Source: Mucisphaera calidilacus (lineage in GTDB: Bacteria; Planctomycetota; Phycisphaerae; Phycisphaerales; Phycisphaeraceae). Taken from it: a DNA stretch of 32,000 nt. Below the pieces are notes generated by a model. The model was given only the letters and a program-made list of their open reading frames with translations, did no database searches and was not told the origin of the DNA. Every line of letters begins with the position of its first letter. The first letter of the stretch is position 1. Shown one piece after another: positions 20,476 to 28,970 of the stretch. The translations under genes were made by a program, and so were the position numbers. The DNA lies in assembly GCF_007748075.1 (NCBI RefSeq), contig NZ_CP036280.1, forward strand, positions 2,640,001 to 2,672,000, given 5' to 3'.

Positions 20476-21543
20476 TCAGACGCGCGATTCGGGCTGACTG
20501 AAGGCTTCGAGTCGTGCGAGGTACGCGTCGCCGGGGCCCCGCGGGTGCTGGGCACGGAAGAGTTCAACGAGTCGCCGAGCCTGCTTGGCCATCCAGGCCC
20601 AGTGTTCGGGGGTCATGCCCGAGAGATCAACCTTGATCCCGTTGATGACCAGCGTCCGGCTGCCGGGTTGCTGCTCCAGGGCGTCGAGGCTGCTGGTGAT
20701 GCTCTGGGGTTCGCCCCCAAGGTGCAGCAGCAGCGGCATGAGCGGGAGGCTGTTGTTCTTCGGCAGGCGTCCGGGCCGCTGGGCCGCGTCGGTGTAGTGG
20801 CAGATGAGCTGAGAGGGGTGAATGAGCGCGTCCTCGTCGACCTCGCGGACGGCCCCGCTGGCGACACGCGACTGGATGTACAGGAAGGTGTCGAAATCGA
20901 CCCACCGCCCCGAACGCGTCTTGCCGATCTTGTTGAAGCCCTCGATGGGCCGGAAGCCGTCACGCATCACGGCGGTGTCGAAGAACATCTCGAAAGTAGT
21001 GACGTAGCCGTCGGCGGCCTCGATGCCGTTGCCCGCGTACCAGCGGATGCCATGAAAAGACGTGTTGCTGTCGAGGAAGCCGGTGTACAGGTTCTCGAAG
21101 AGATCCGGGTCGGCGCAGATGGCGTCGAGATCGTGGAGAACGGCATGGCGGGTCCTGCAGGCCCCGATGGCAATGCTCCACGACATCCAGGAGTAGACCC
21201 AGCCCCAGTTGATCTCGCGGGCCGTCGCCTTCTGCTTCTCGCTGTAACCGATCAGCCGAATGGGGATGGTGTCGGTGCCGGCGACAAGACTCCTGATGGA
21301 TTCCGGGATCTCGGACTCGAGGCAGTCAAAAACAAGGATGATCTCACGGGCCCTGGCCAGATTGGCCTGCAGGAGACTGGCGAGATTGGCCGCAGCGACG
21401 CCCGACAGACTCTGCATCGCGGCGATGATGATGGTGTAACCGTCCTGCGGATCCTCCAGCGGCTTCCACTGAACGAGGTTCTCGATCGCTCGACGCATCG
21501 GCCACCGCTTGATGCGTTTGATGATCGCGGACGCGAGGTTCAT
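20476..21543 (-). CDS. Hypothetical protein (355 aa), possibly GT-A-fold glycosyltransferase-like
   Basis: GC3 is high and the composition is not low-complexity. There are weak GT-A-like landmarks (GYTIIIAA.., ILVFD, HAVLHDLDAI). It lies 40 nt upstream of leuS on the same strand. I recognise no family. Confidence 0.5.
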   Translation of the reverse strand: MNLASAIIKRIKRWPMRRAIENLVQWKPLEDPQDGYTIIIAAMQSLSGVAAANLASLLQANLARAREIILVFDCLESEIPESIRSLVAGTDTIPIRLIGYSEKQKATAREINWGWVYSWMSWSIAIGACRTRHAVLHDLDAICADPDLFENLYTGFLDSNTSFHGIRWYAGNGIEAADGYVTTFEMFFDTAVMRDGFRPIEGFNKIGKTRSGRWVDFDTFLYIQSRVASGAVREVDEDALIHPSQLICHYTDAAQRPGRLPKNNSLPLMPLLLHLGGEPQSITSSLDALEQQPGSRTLVINGIKVDLSGMTPEHWAWMAKQARRLVELFRAQHPRGPGDAYLARLEAFSQPESRV

Positions 21544-21765
21544 GCTCGGCTCCAGGTAGGACGTCGTGCTCGGCTTCCGCGCGTCAGTCTACCGCCCGCC
21601 GTCCGGGATGGTGAGTGTGCCGCAGCAGCCGGGTCTTGATTGATCCTTGTTGCTATCGGCCTGATTTGTATTGCAATTCGGGTTACAGGGGCTAAGAGAT
21701 CGGGGTCAAAATGTCCTATGCTGCCGTTGTATAACGATCCGCACCCGATTCAGAGAGACAGAACG

Positions 21766-23283
21766 ATGACTTCAGGCCGTGTTCAGCTGATTGACTGCTC
21801 CCTCCGTGATGGCCACCAGTCCCTGCTGGCGACCCGCATGTCGCTGGAGCAGTCGCTGCGGGTGCTGCCGATGCTCCGTGACTCGGGCTACGACATCATG
21901 GAGTTATGGGGCGGTGCGGTGCTCGACGCCTCGCTCCGCTTCACCGGCGACGACCCGTTCGAACGCCTGGAGACCATCCGCAAGGTGCTCGACGAGTCGG
22001 GCCGCGAGATCCAGATCCGATCCCTCTGCCGGGGCCAGAACCTCTTCGGCTACAACCCCTACCCCGACAACGTGGTCTACGAGTTCCTCAAGGAGGCGAT
22101 CCGGACCGGCGGCGGCAAGCTCCACCGGATGCGTATCTTCGACGCACTCAACGACTTCCGGAACCTCACCACAGCGATCATGGCGACCAAGACCTTCAAC
22201 GGCCACGCCGAGGTCGCCCTGAGCTACACGGTCTCGCCCGTGCACGACAAGGACCACTTCCTGAACTTCGCCAAGCGCGTCGTGGACGCCGGGGCCGACT
22301 CCCTCGCCATCAAGGACATGGCCGGACTCCTGCACCCCTGCGACGCGTGGGAGCTGATCGAGGGCCTCAAGTCGGCCTTCCCCCACCTCGAACTCACCCT
22401 CCACTCGCACTGCACGAACGGGCTGGCGACGGCCTCCTACGTCGTCGGCATGCTCGCGGGCGCAGACTACCTCGACACCTGTCACGGCCCCATGGCCCAC
22501 GGCACCGCTCAGCCCCCCGCCGAGCTGATCAGCTACTTCGCCCGTGAACTGGGCATCGAGCTGAACGTCGACTTCACCAAGGCGGGTCAGATCGACGCGG
22601 AACTCCGCAAAATCCGCGAGGAGCTCGCCAGCGTCGACAAGGACCCGGATCACTTCGGCAACCCCTGGCCGGCCGAACCGACGCCCGAGATGCAGACCGT
22701 GATCCGCGAGGCCATCGCGCTGCTCAAGAAACGGGACAAGGCCTCCTGCGACGCGGCCATCGACATGATCGAGCAAAAGATCATGGAGCCGCAGGGCTTC
22801 CCGCCGATCGACAAGGCTCAGCTCGAGTCGCAGATCCCAGGCGGCATGATCTCCAACCTGCACAACCAGCTCAAGGAACAGGGCAAACTCGACGAGATGC
22901 CCAAGATCCTCGAAGAAATCCCGCGTGTCCGTGCCGCGGCGGGTTACCTGCCACTGGTCACACCCACGAGCCAGATCGTCGGGACGCAGGCCGCCTTCAA
23001 CGTCATCCAGGGCGAGCCCTACAAGTTCGTCTCAGAACCGTTCCGCGACGTCATGCTCGGCAAGTATGGCAAGCTGCCCGGACCGGCCGACCCCGAGGTG
23101 CTCAAGAAGGTTTCCGCGGGCCGCGAACTGCTGACCGGCCGTCCGGCGATGTACGTCGACCGCGTCGACCTCGAGAAGGTCTTCGCCGAGCACGGCAGCC
23201 TCATCAAGAGCCACCGCGACCTCCTGCTGATGCTGCTCTTCCCCGCCCCGGCCAAGGCATTCCTCGCCAAACGCAACGGGTGA
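21766..23283 (+). CDS. Carboxyltransferase (5S-type; oxaloacetate decarboxylase alpha / pyruvate carboxylase subunit B family) without a biotinyl domain
   Basis: VQLIDCSLRDGHQSLLATRM..ELWGGAVLDASLRF..DPFERL, then HSHCTNGLA and the conserved carboxylase region IPGGMISNLHNQL..VTPTSQIVGTQA. The protein ends at ..LLFPAPAKAFL with no AMKM biotin-attachment domain. I prefer the ATG at 21766. The track start at 21640 adds a hydrophobic, AT-rich extension. Confidence 0.85.
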   Translation: MTSGRVQLIDCSLRDGHQSLLATRMSLEQSLRVLPMLRDSGYDIMELWGGAVLDASLRFTGDDPFERLETIRKVLDESGREIQIRSLCRGQNLFGYNPYPDNVVYEFLKEAIRTGGGKLHRMRIFDALNDFRNLTTAIMATKTFNGHAEVALSYTVSPVHDKDHFLNFAKRVVDAGADSLAIKDMAGLLHPCDAWELIEGLKSAFPHLELTLHSHCTNGLATASYVVGMLAGADYLDTCHGPMAHGTAQPPAELISYFARELGIELNVDFTKAGQIDAELRKIREELASVDKDPDHFGNPWPAEPTPEMQTVIREAIALLKKRDKASCDAAIDMIEQKIMEPQGFPPIDKAQLESQIPGGMISNLHNQLKEQGKLDEMPKILEEIPRVRAAAGYLPLVTPTSQIVGTQAAFNVIQGEPYKFVSEPFRDVMLGKYGKLPGPADPEVLKKVSAGRELLTGRPAMYVDRVDLEKVFAEHGSLIKSHRDLLLMLLFPAPAKAFLAKRNG

Positions 23284-23299
23284 GTCTCAGACCACGGAA

Positions 23300-24688
23300 C
23301 TACCCGTTGGCGTAACGCGCGGCTCGTGCCGTGCGGGCCGCCGCGTAGGTGAACCAGGCGAAGACGATCAGGGTGTACAAAGCGAAGACGTAATAGGGCG
23401 CGGTGTCGGCAACATTGACCAACGCCTCGGGCACGTTGATGCCAGCCTCACGCAGCTCGGCGAGGATCATCACAAACGGATTCAACCAGGGGATGGTGGC
23501 GAGCACGCCCCAGAGCAGCAGCAGCATCGCGACGGCCGTCGCGATCGCCCACTGCAACGGGACCGCGCAAAGCGACTGACGAACCGCCGCGAAGCCACGC
23601 TTCCCGCTGGCACGCTCGGCGATGATCGCCGAGAAACAGAGCAGGCTCAGCAGAAAGCCGAAATTGAACATCGAAAACGCTCCGAGCAGGATGATCGTGT
23701 CGAGATTGGCGATCGGGTTGGCGTTCCAGCTGAACTGCTCGTGAAGCGACAGGACGTTGAGCAACTGCGTCGGCGTGACAACGGTGATATTGCTGATCTG
23801 GATGGTCGGCGACAGGATCACAACAGCAACGTAGGTGCCCAGCAACGCGAGTATCGCGAGCAGCAGGCTGTACAGCCGCCAGGGAATCGGCTCGGGACCG
23901 CGCAGGATGACGTGCCTGCCGAAGGCGGTCGGCTGGAAGGTGGCCATCTGGCCGCGTTGCCAGAGCGTCCGAGCCGCTCGGTCGCCACCCCAGCGCGTGC
24001 TGAACAGCGAACGCCGAACCTCCCGACCGCACTCCGGGCAGTTGGCGTCGTAGGGCAGAGCGAGCAGGGTGTAGTCGCACGCCTCGCAGTGACCCGGCCA
24101 GCGCGACGACCACCCCGGCCGCGCCGCGTGAGCCATGACATGGGTCATCAGCGTGACGGCAAGAAAAGACGCAAACACCGAAAAAGGCCGCAAGGCGCTC
24201 AAGGCCTGCTTGAGACCGTTGTACGTCTGCGGGTTGTAGTTGCCCCGCTGCTCGGCATCGAGGGCTTGCCGATCGATAAAGGCCATCAACGCATCGGCGC
24301 TCGAGATCGAAGCCAAACAGAGCCACGCACACATCACCGCAAACGGGGCGGCCAGCCAGACGCGTCGCAGGGCTATGCCGAACGCGACCATGTTGCTCCC
24401 GTCGTGACGGACCCAGGGCGTCACGAGACCGGCCTGGATTACGCTCGCGAGGAAGATGGCGATGACAATGCCGTTGCGGTCATCCACCGTTACGGCGTCG
24501 CCGAAATACCAGAACGGCAGACACGGGATGGCGGCGATCAGGATCACAAGCGATGTGATCCATCCCCAGCGGTGGGCACCCCGGTTGAGCGCAACCCACG
24601 GCAACCAAGGCAGGACCAGGAGCGTGCCAGCGGCCGGCCAGTCGCGGCGCGTGGAGGGGTAGGCGAGTTGGTCGACGCGTTGGGGCAT
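23300..24688 (-). CDS. Polytopic membrane protein with an internal C4 zinc-ribbon-like loop (paralog A, 462 aa), function unknown
   Basis: By eye there are about 9 hydrophobic helices. The central soluble block is ARPGWSSRWPGHCEACDYTLLALPYDANCPECG (C-x2-C-x12-C-x2-C). It is a paralog of the upstream gene. Confidence 0.7.
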   Translation of the reverse strand: MPQRVDQLAYPSTRRDWPAAGTLLVLPWLPWVALNRGAHRWGWITSLVILIAAIPCLPFWYFGDAVTVDDRNGIVIAIFLASVIQAGLVTPWVRHDGSNMVAFGIALRRVWLAAPFAVMCAWLCLASISSADALMAFIDRQALDAEQRGNYNPQTYNGLKQALSALRPFSVFASFLAVTLMTHVMAHAARPGWSSRWPGHCEACDYTLLALPYDANCPECGREVRRSLFSTRWGGDRAARTLWQRGQMATFQPTAFGRHVILRGPEPIPWRLYSLLLAILALLGTYVAVVILSPTIQISNITVVTPTQLLNVLSLHEQFSWNANPIANLDTIILLGAFSMFNFGFLLSLLCFSAIIAERASGKRGFAAVRQSLCAVPLQWAIATAVAMLLLLWGVLATIPWLNPFVMILAELREAGINVPEALVNVADTAPYYVFALYTLIVFAWFTYAAARTARAARYANG

Positions 24689-24700
24689 GGCAAGCGGGGC

Positions 24701-26083
24701 CTACCAGTTGGCCTTGCTGGCGGCCGAGGCGATCTGCCGCAGTGACGAATAAAGCCAGCCCCACAGGAGCAAAGCAATCGACAGGCAGATCAGCGCCGGG
24801 GCGATCTCGATCATGTCACGCCAGTCAGGCGAGGGCGTCCAGCCGAACCATCCAGCGATCATAAAGATGGGCGTGGAGGAGGGATAACGATTTTCAAAGT
24901 ACTCGCCCCATATGAGAACCAGCAGCCCGAGCACGAAGAACAGCAGCAGCAAGGGGCCGAGGTGCAACAGCCCCTGAAAGACGGGCGAAGGCCCACGCTT
25001 GGGCCCTCCCCAGATCGCAAGCGCCGCAGCAGCGCAGACGCACATGGCATAACTCAGAACGGTAGAAGCACCGTTCCGGATCGCGTTGAGCACGAGATAG
25101 GCCAGGTGTTCGAGCGTCATCCAGTCGTTGGCGAGATGCAGCAGCAGAAAATCACTGAAACCAGCTTGATGGAATGTGTACTGGTAGCTGTACGGGTTGC
25201 GGTGCGCTTCCAAGCTGGCTGCGAGGTTGAGGTAGGCGGTCATCAGCACGCCGAGCGTGATCGCCATGAGAACAGGCCGGAATCCGCGGTAGGGGCTGCG
25301 CGTAACGATCGTGCTACCGAAGGTCTTGGGAAAGAAAAAGGCGGCCAGGCTGCGCCGCCAGGGCGAGGGCCAGCGGGCCTCGGGGCCGCAGCGGTGCCGA
25401 TACGCCAGCGACTCGACCAGCGGCTTGCCGCATTCCGGGCAGCTCGCGTCGGCAGGCAGGCCGAGTAGCGTGTACGCGCACCCCTCGCAGGTGGCGGGCC
25501 AACGCGACGACCAACCCGGCCGCGCCGCCAGCAGCGTGGCGGCAGTGCCGTAGATGTAGAGGCTCAACATGAGCAGGTCCTTGAACGCGTAGGCAATCGG
25601 CCGCTCTTGATAGAGCCACTGGGACATGTCAGCGTCCTGCGAGGGCTCGGGCAGGCAGGCCGCGATGGCGAGGTCACACAGCCCTTCGACGACGTAAGCC
25701 AGTAAGGCGAAGTAAGGAACCAGAAGCAGGACCCGCTTGAGCGTGATGCCCAGGGCCCTGAACGCCGTCTGATCCTCAGGGCATAGAGGGGTAAGGATCA
25801 GGGCGAGGAGCAGGGCATAGAAAACGAGGTATAGCCCGATGCCGAACAGAAAAAACATGTCAAGGTAGAACTCTTCGGCAGTCTCCCAGGCCATCACGCC
25901 GAGGATGACGGGGAACCCAATCAGGATCGCCGTGACCCAGCCGAAGCGGTGAACGCCGCGGTTCATCGCCACCCAGGGGGCAAACGGCAGAACCACCCAC
26001 AACCATTCGGGACGGCAGGTGGTGATGTGTTTCTCAAGAGCAGGTTCGGAAGACATGGCGTCGCTCCGGAAGGGTTGAGGCAT
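24701..26083 (-). CDS. Polytopic membrane protein with an internal C4 zinc-ribbon-like loop (paralog B, 460 aa), function unknown
   Basis: The layout matches paralog A. The central block is ARPGWSSRWPATCEGCAYTLLGLPADASCPECG. The shared N-terminal motif is PWVAMNRGVHRFGW (A: PWVALNRGAHRWGW), and both proteins begin MPQ. A 12-nt spacer separates it from paralog A. Confidence 0.7.
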   Translation of the reverse strand: MPQPFRSDAMSSEPALEKHITTCRPEWLWVVLPFAPWVAMNRGVHRFGWVTAILIGFPVILGVMAWETAEEFYLDMFFLFGIGLYLVFYALLLALILTPLCPEDQTAFRALGITLKRVLLLVPYFALLAYVVEGLCDLAIAACLPEPSQDADMSQWLYQERPIAYAFKDLLMLSLYIYGTAATLLAARPGWSSRWPATCEGCAYTLLGLPADASCPECGKPLVESLAYRHRCGPEARWPSPWRRSLAAFFFPKTFGSTIVTRSPYRGFRPVLMAITLGVLMTAYLNLAASLEAHRNPYSYQYTFHQAGFSDFLLLHLANDWMTLEHLAYLVLNAIRNGASTVLSYAMCVCAAAALAIWGGPKRGPSPVFQGLLHLGPLLLLFFVLGLLVLIWGEYFENRYPSSTPIFMIAGWFGWTPSPDWRDMIEIAPALICLSIALLLWGWLYSSLRQIASAASKANW

Positions 26084-26183
26084 CGTAACCGACTCGGAGT
26101 GTGAGGGTTAGAGATCCGGGCCAACCGTCGCGGGCGGATCTGCTAATCTCTGGCCCACCTTTGATTTGCAGGAGTGAACCCAG

Positions 26184-27344
26184 ATGACGGATCGGACGGC
26201 GGTAGCGCATGCGGCGGCGGCGGGACTTCGGGCCTACGGCAATCGTGCCGAACGCGCCCGGGCGGTGGTCGGCTTCGACGGCTTCGTGGACTCGATCATC
26301 CGGGTCGTCGACCAACGCGAGGACGCGACCACCTACACGTCGCTGGCAACCATCGCCGACTTCGGCGGACGGGTCAGCGCCGCAGCGGGCAAGAGCGCGA
26401 ACTTCGAGTTCGTGACCACGCTCCAGAAACTCGGCGGGAACGGCCCCATCATGGCCAACGCGATGGCCGCGGGCGAGGTGTCCATGACCTACCTCGGATC
26501 GATCGGCTACCCCGAGCCCGACCCGATCTTCCAGGAACTCGTCGACCGCTCGCAGACCGTGATCCCCCTCGCGGAGGCGGGACGCACCGACGCGCTGGAG
26601 TTCGACGACGGCAAGCTGATGCTCGGCAAGTACGCGCACCTGCTCACGCTCGGCGCCGACCGCATCCGCGAGACCATCGGCGTCGAGAAGATGGTCGAAG
26701 TCCTCGCGGAAACCGACCTGCTCGCCATGATCAACTGGACCATGATGCCCGGGACCCAGACCATCTGGGAACTGCTGCGTGACGAGATCCTGCCCGGGCT
26801 GGACCGCGGCGGACGCGAACGGCTGATGGTCTTCTTCGACCTCTGCGACCCCGCCAAGCGAACCATGGAAGACCTGCAGGAGGCGCTGAAGGTCATGAGC
26901 AGCTTGCAGGAGCACGCCGACGTGATCCTCGGCATGAACCTCGCCGAGGCGACCCACGTCGTCAAGGCACTGGGCCTGCCCGCTGCGCCGGACCCCGAGG
27001 CCGAGATCGAGACCACCGCGGTCGCGGTGCGGGAGGCGCTGGACACACACGCCGCCGTGGTGCACCCGCGGGCCGGAGCGGCGGCCTGCCGCGTGGTCGA
27101 TGGCGCGGTTCATTCAGCCGCCTTCGCAGGGCCCTTCGTCAAGCACCCCAGGCTCTCGACCGGCGCCGGCGACAACTTCAACGCCGGCTTCTGCCTCGGA
27201 CTGCTCGCCGGACTCGAACTCGAACAATGCCTCTGCACGGGCACGGCAACCAGCGGCTTCTACGTCCGCAACGCCGCCAGCCCGACCCTCAACGAACTCG
27301 CGGGCTTCTGTGACGAACTGCCCGACCCGGAAGCCGGGCGCTAG
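26184..27344 (+). CDS. PfkB/ribokinase-superfamily sugar kinase-like protein
   Basis: GGNGPIMANAMAAG is a glycine-rich sugar-binding-lid-like segment, and the C-terminal STGAGDNFNAGFCLG is the PfkB GAGD anion-hole motif. A GGAG lies 9 nt upstream of the ATG. The substrate is unknown. Confidence 0.65.
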   Translation: MTDRTAVAHAAAAGLRAYGNRAERARAVVGFDGFVDSIIRVVDQREDATTYTSLATIADFGGRVSAAAGKSANFEFVTTLQKLGGNGPIMANAMAAGEVSMTYLGSIGYPEPDPIFQELVDRSQTVIPLAEAGRTDALEFDDGKLMLGKYAHLLTLGADRIRETIGVEKMVEVLAETDLLAMINWTMMPGTQTIWELLRDEILPGLDRGGRERLMVFFDLCDPAKRTMEDLQEALKVMSSLQEHADVILGMNLAEATHVVKALGLPAAPDPEAEIETTAVAVREALDTHAAVVHPRAGAAACRVVDGAVHSAAFAGPFVKHPRLSTGAGDNFNAGFCLGLLAGLELEQCLCTGTATSGFYVRNAASPTLNELAGFCDELPDPEAGR

Positions 27345-27360
27345 CAGCGATCGGCAATCC

Positions 27361-27378
27361 CTGCGCGGCGGGGCGCAG
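27361..27378 (+). terminator. GC hairpin downstream of the kinase gene (no U-tract)
   Basis: CTGCGC-GGCGGG-GCGCAG forms a 6-bp stem 17 nt after the stop. No T-run follows it, so terminator function is uncertain. Confidence 0.25.
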
Positions 27379-27390
27379 TCTCAGCGCATC

Positions 27391-27414
27391 AAAAAGCCCG
27401 GTGTCACGCCGGGC
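27391..27414 (-). terminator. Rho-independent terminator of fliC
   Basis: The minus-strand RNA reads GCCCGG-CGUGACA-CCGGGC followed by UUUUU. It lies 25 nt downstream of the fliC UAA. Confidence 0.7.
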
Positions 27415-27439
27415 CTGGGGGTTGAGCGTGCTGTCGACG

Positions 27440-28897
27440 TTACTGCAGCAGGGCGAGAACGCTCTCCGCAGAACTGTTGGCCAGCGCCAGGGTCTGCGTG
27501 CCCGCCTGCTGGAGGATCTGGGCACGCGAGAGCTTGGCCGTCTCCTCGGCGAAGTCGGCGTCGCGGATACGCGACTCGGAGGCGGTCAGGTTCTCAAGAG
27601 CGACCTGGGCCGAACGGGCGGTCGTGTCCAGGGTGTTCTTCTCGAAGGCACCCAGACGCCCGCGGAGCGTCGAGACCTGATCGATCGCAGCGTCGAGGAC
27701 GCCGTCGGCGAACCGTGCCTGGCCCTTGACGATGGCGTTGTCACCCTGCGAGGTGATCGAGGTCAGGAAGCCGACAATCGAGTTGCCGAGGTTGGAGGCG
27801 GCGACCGACTGAATACCGAAGCCGACCTGCTGCGAGGAATTGACGTCCGGTCCGATCTGGTAGATCGCACCGCCGCCCGTGATGTCGAAGGTGTACTCGG
27901 TGTTCAGGCTGGTGGTCGCGACCGTCTCGTCCAGCTCAAGCTCGATCGAGAGGAAGGCGGTGTTCAGACTCACCGACGTGCCGCGGCCAAGCGCGAGGTT
28001 GCCGTTGACGATGGCGAGAACGTCCTGGCCGTCGTCGCGGAGCGTCTGCGTGCCCGCGGCCGACATCAGCGGCGAGAAGATGCTCGCGGGGTCGTCACGG
28101 ACATCGACCGAGATGAAGGCATCCGAGCCGTACGTCGTCGATTCCAGGACGATGCCCGCGGCCGAGTTGAGCGGGTCGAAGAGGCGTGCCGCGACGCCGG
28201 TGGCGTCGGAGCGAGAGTTGATCTGCGCCATCAGGTCGGACATGTCCTGACCCGAGGCGAACTCGAGCGTCTGCGCGCCGCCGGTGCCGCCGAGTGTGAA
28301 GACGACGTCGCCGGGAATCGTGCCCGTGTAGCCGGACAGGAAGAGCGTGGCCTTCTGAGCCGAAGCCAGCACCTCGACCGAGACCGGCACCGAGCTGTTG
28401 GTCCCGAAGTTGGCACCGTAGACAGAAACATCGGAGATCTGGCTGGTGGTGAGGTTCTCGACGATGTAGTCGAGCGAGCCGTTGAGCGTCTTGAGGCCGG
28501 CGAAGCTGGTCGTGTTGGAGATGCGGGTGATCGATTCCACCGCGGAGTCGATCTGCAGCTGGTTGGCGGCGATCTCTTCGCGAGAGAAGGCACCGGTGTT
28601 GGCCGCCTCGACCACGAGCGCCTTCATCGAGACGAGCAGGTCGTTGATCTCCTGCAGGGCCGCCTCGGTGGTGGCGATCACGTTGGAGGCGCGTTCGATG
28701 TTGCTGACGGACTGGCCGACAGCCGCGATCTCGTTGCGCAGCCGTTCGGAGACGATGAGTCCGGCGGGGTTGTCAGCTCCACGGTTGATCTTGAGGCCGG
28801 TGCTCAGGCGTTCGAGCCGCACCGAGAGGTCAGCGTTGGAACTGGCCAGCTGATTCCTCGCGATCATCGAGGAGACGTTGGAATTGATGCGCGTCAT
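27440..28897 (-). CDS. fliC: Flagellin
   Basis: The conserved N-terminus is MTRINSNVSSMIARNQLASSNADLSVRLERLSTGLKINRGADNPAGL, and the C-terminus is ..FAEETAKLSRAQILQQAGTQTLALANSSAESVLALLQ. The ATG at 28895-28897 has AAGGAGGA 7 nt upstream. The track start at 28903 is a TTG. Confidence 0.95.
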   Translation of the reverse strand: MTRINSNVSSMIARNQLASSNADLSVRLERLSTGLKINRGADNPAGLIVSERLRNEIAAVGQSVSNIERASNVIATTEAALQEINDLLVSMKALVVEAANTGAFSREEIAANQLQIDSAVESITRISNTTSFAGLKTLNGSLDYIVENLTTSQISDVSVYGANFGTNSSVPVSVEVLASAQKATLFLSGYTGTIPGDVVFTLGGTGGAQTLEFASGQDMSDLMAQINSRSDATGVAARLFDPLNSAAGIVLESTTYGSDAFISVDVRDDPASIFSPLMSAAGTQTLRDDGQDVLAIVNGNLALGRGTSVSLNTAFLSIELELDETVATTSLNTEYTFDITGGGAIYQIGPDVNSSQQVGFGIQSVAASNLGNSIVGFLTSITSQGDNAIVKGQARFADGVLDAAIDQVSTLRGRLGAFEKNTLDTTARSAQVALENLTASESRIRDADFAEETAKLSRAQILQQAGTQTLALANSSAESVLALLQ

Positions 28898-28898
28898 G

Positions 28899-28918
28899 GA
28901 CAATCCTCCTTGATTGTC
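28899..28918 (-). promoter_or_regulatory. Shine-Dalgarno-presenting hairpin in the fliC leader (candidate CsrA site)
   Basis: The minus-strand RNA reads GACAAUC-AAGGAG-GAUUGUC, a perfect 7-bp stem with GGA in the loop, ending 1 nt before the AUG. A second GGA (CACGGAC) lies 16 nt upstream. Confidence 0.55.
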
Positions 28919-28970
28919 AGGGTCCGTGCGTAGCGGTCGGGTGTGGGTCGTGTGGGTTCAGCGAGGTGGG

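Noticed and set aside
17613-21639. Long + strand ORFs (17613-19025, 19146-20501, 20302-21639) opposite leuS and the upstream hypothetical gene.
   Set aside because: They are antisense shadows with G/D/V/R/L/E-rich composition. leuS on the minus strand carries HIGH and KMSKS motifs and accounts for the region.
23300-26083. Locally lower GC in the two membrane-protein genes (some 60-nt stretches near 48-60%), considered as a sign of horizontal acquisition.
   Set aside because: The dip is modest and is expected from the F/I/L/Y-rich transmembrane composition. No flanking tRNA, integrase, direct repeats or other island hallmarks are present.
26112-26141. The inverted repeat AGATCCG-N16-CGGATCT, with an alternative AGAGAT/ATCTCT pairing, in the divergent region between membrane paralog B and the kinase gene.
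   Set aside because: The arms are only 7 bp in GC-rich DNA, with a long spacer and no second copy or known motif. It is compatible with chance.
27401-28933. A 510-aa + strand ORF antisense to fliC. Related cases are 26034-27113(-), 13391-14179(-), 14773-15852(+), 21904-22863(-), 23741-24745(+) and 30240-30875(+).
   Set aside because: The same shadow-ORF reasoning applies. The opposite strand encodes canonical flagellin, kinase, GT2, DnaB, carboxyltransferase, membrane-protein and FlgL sequences.
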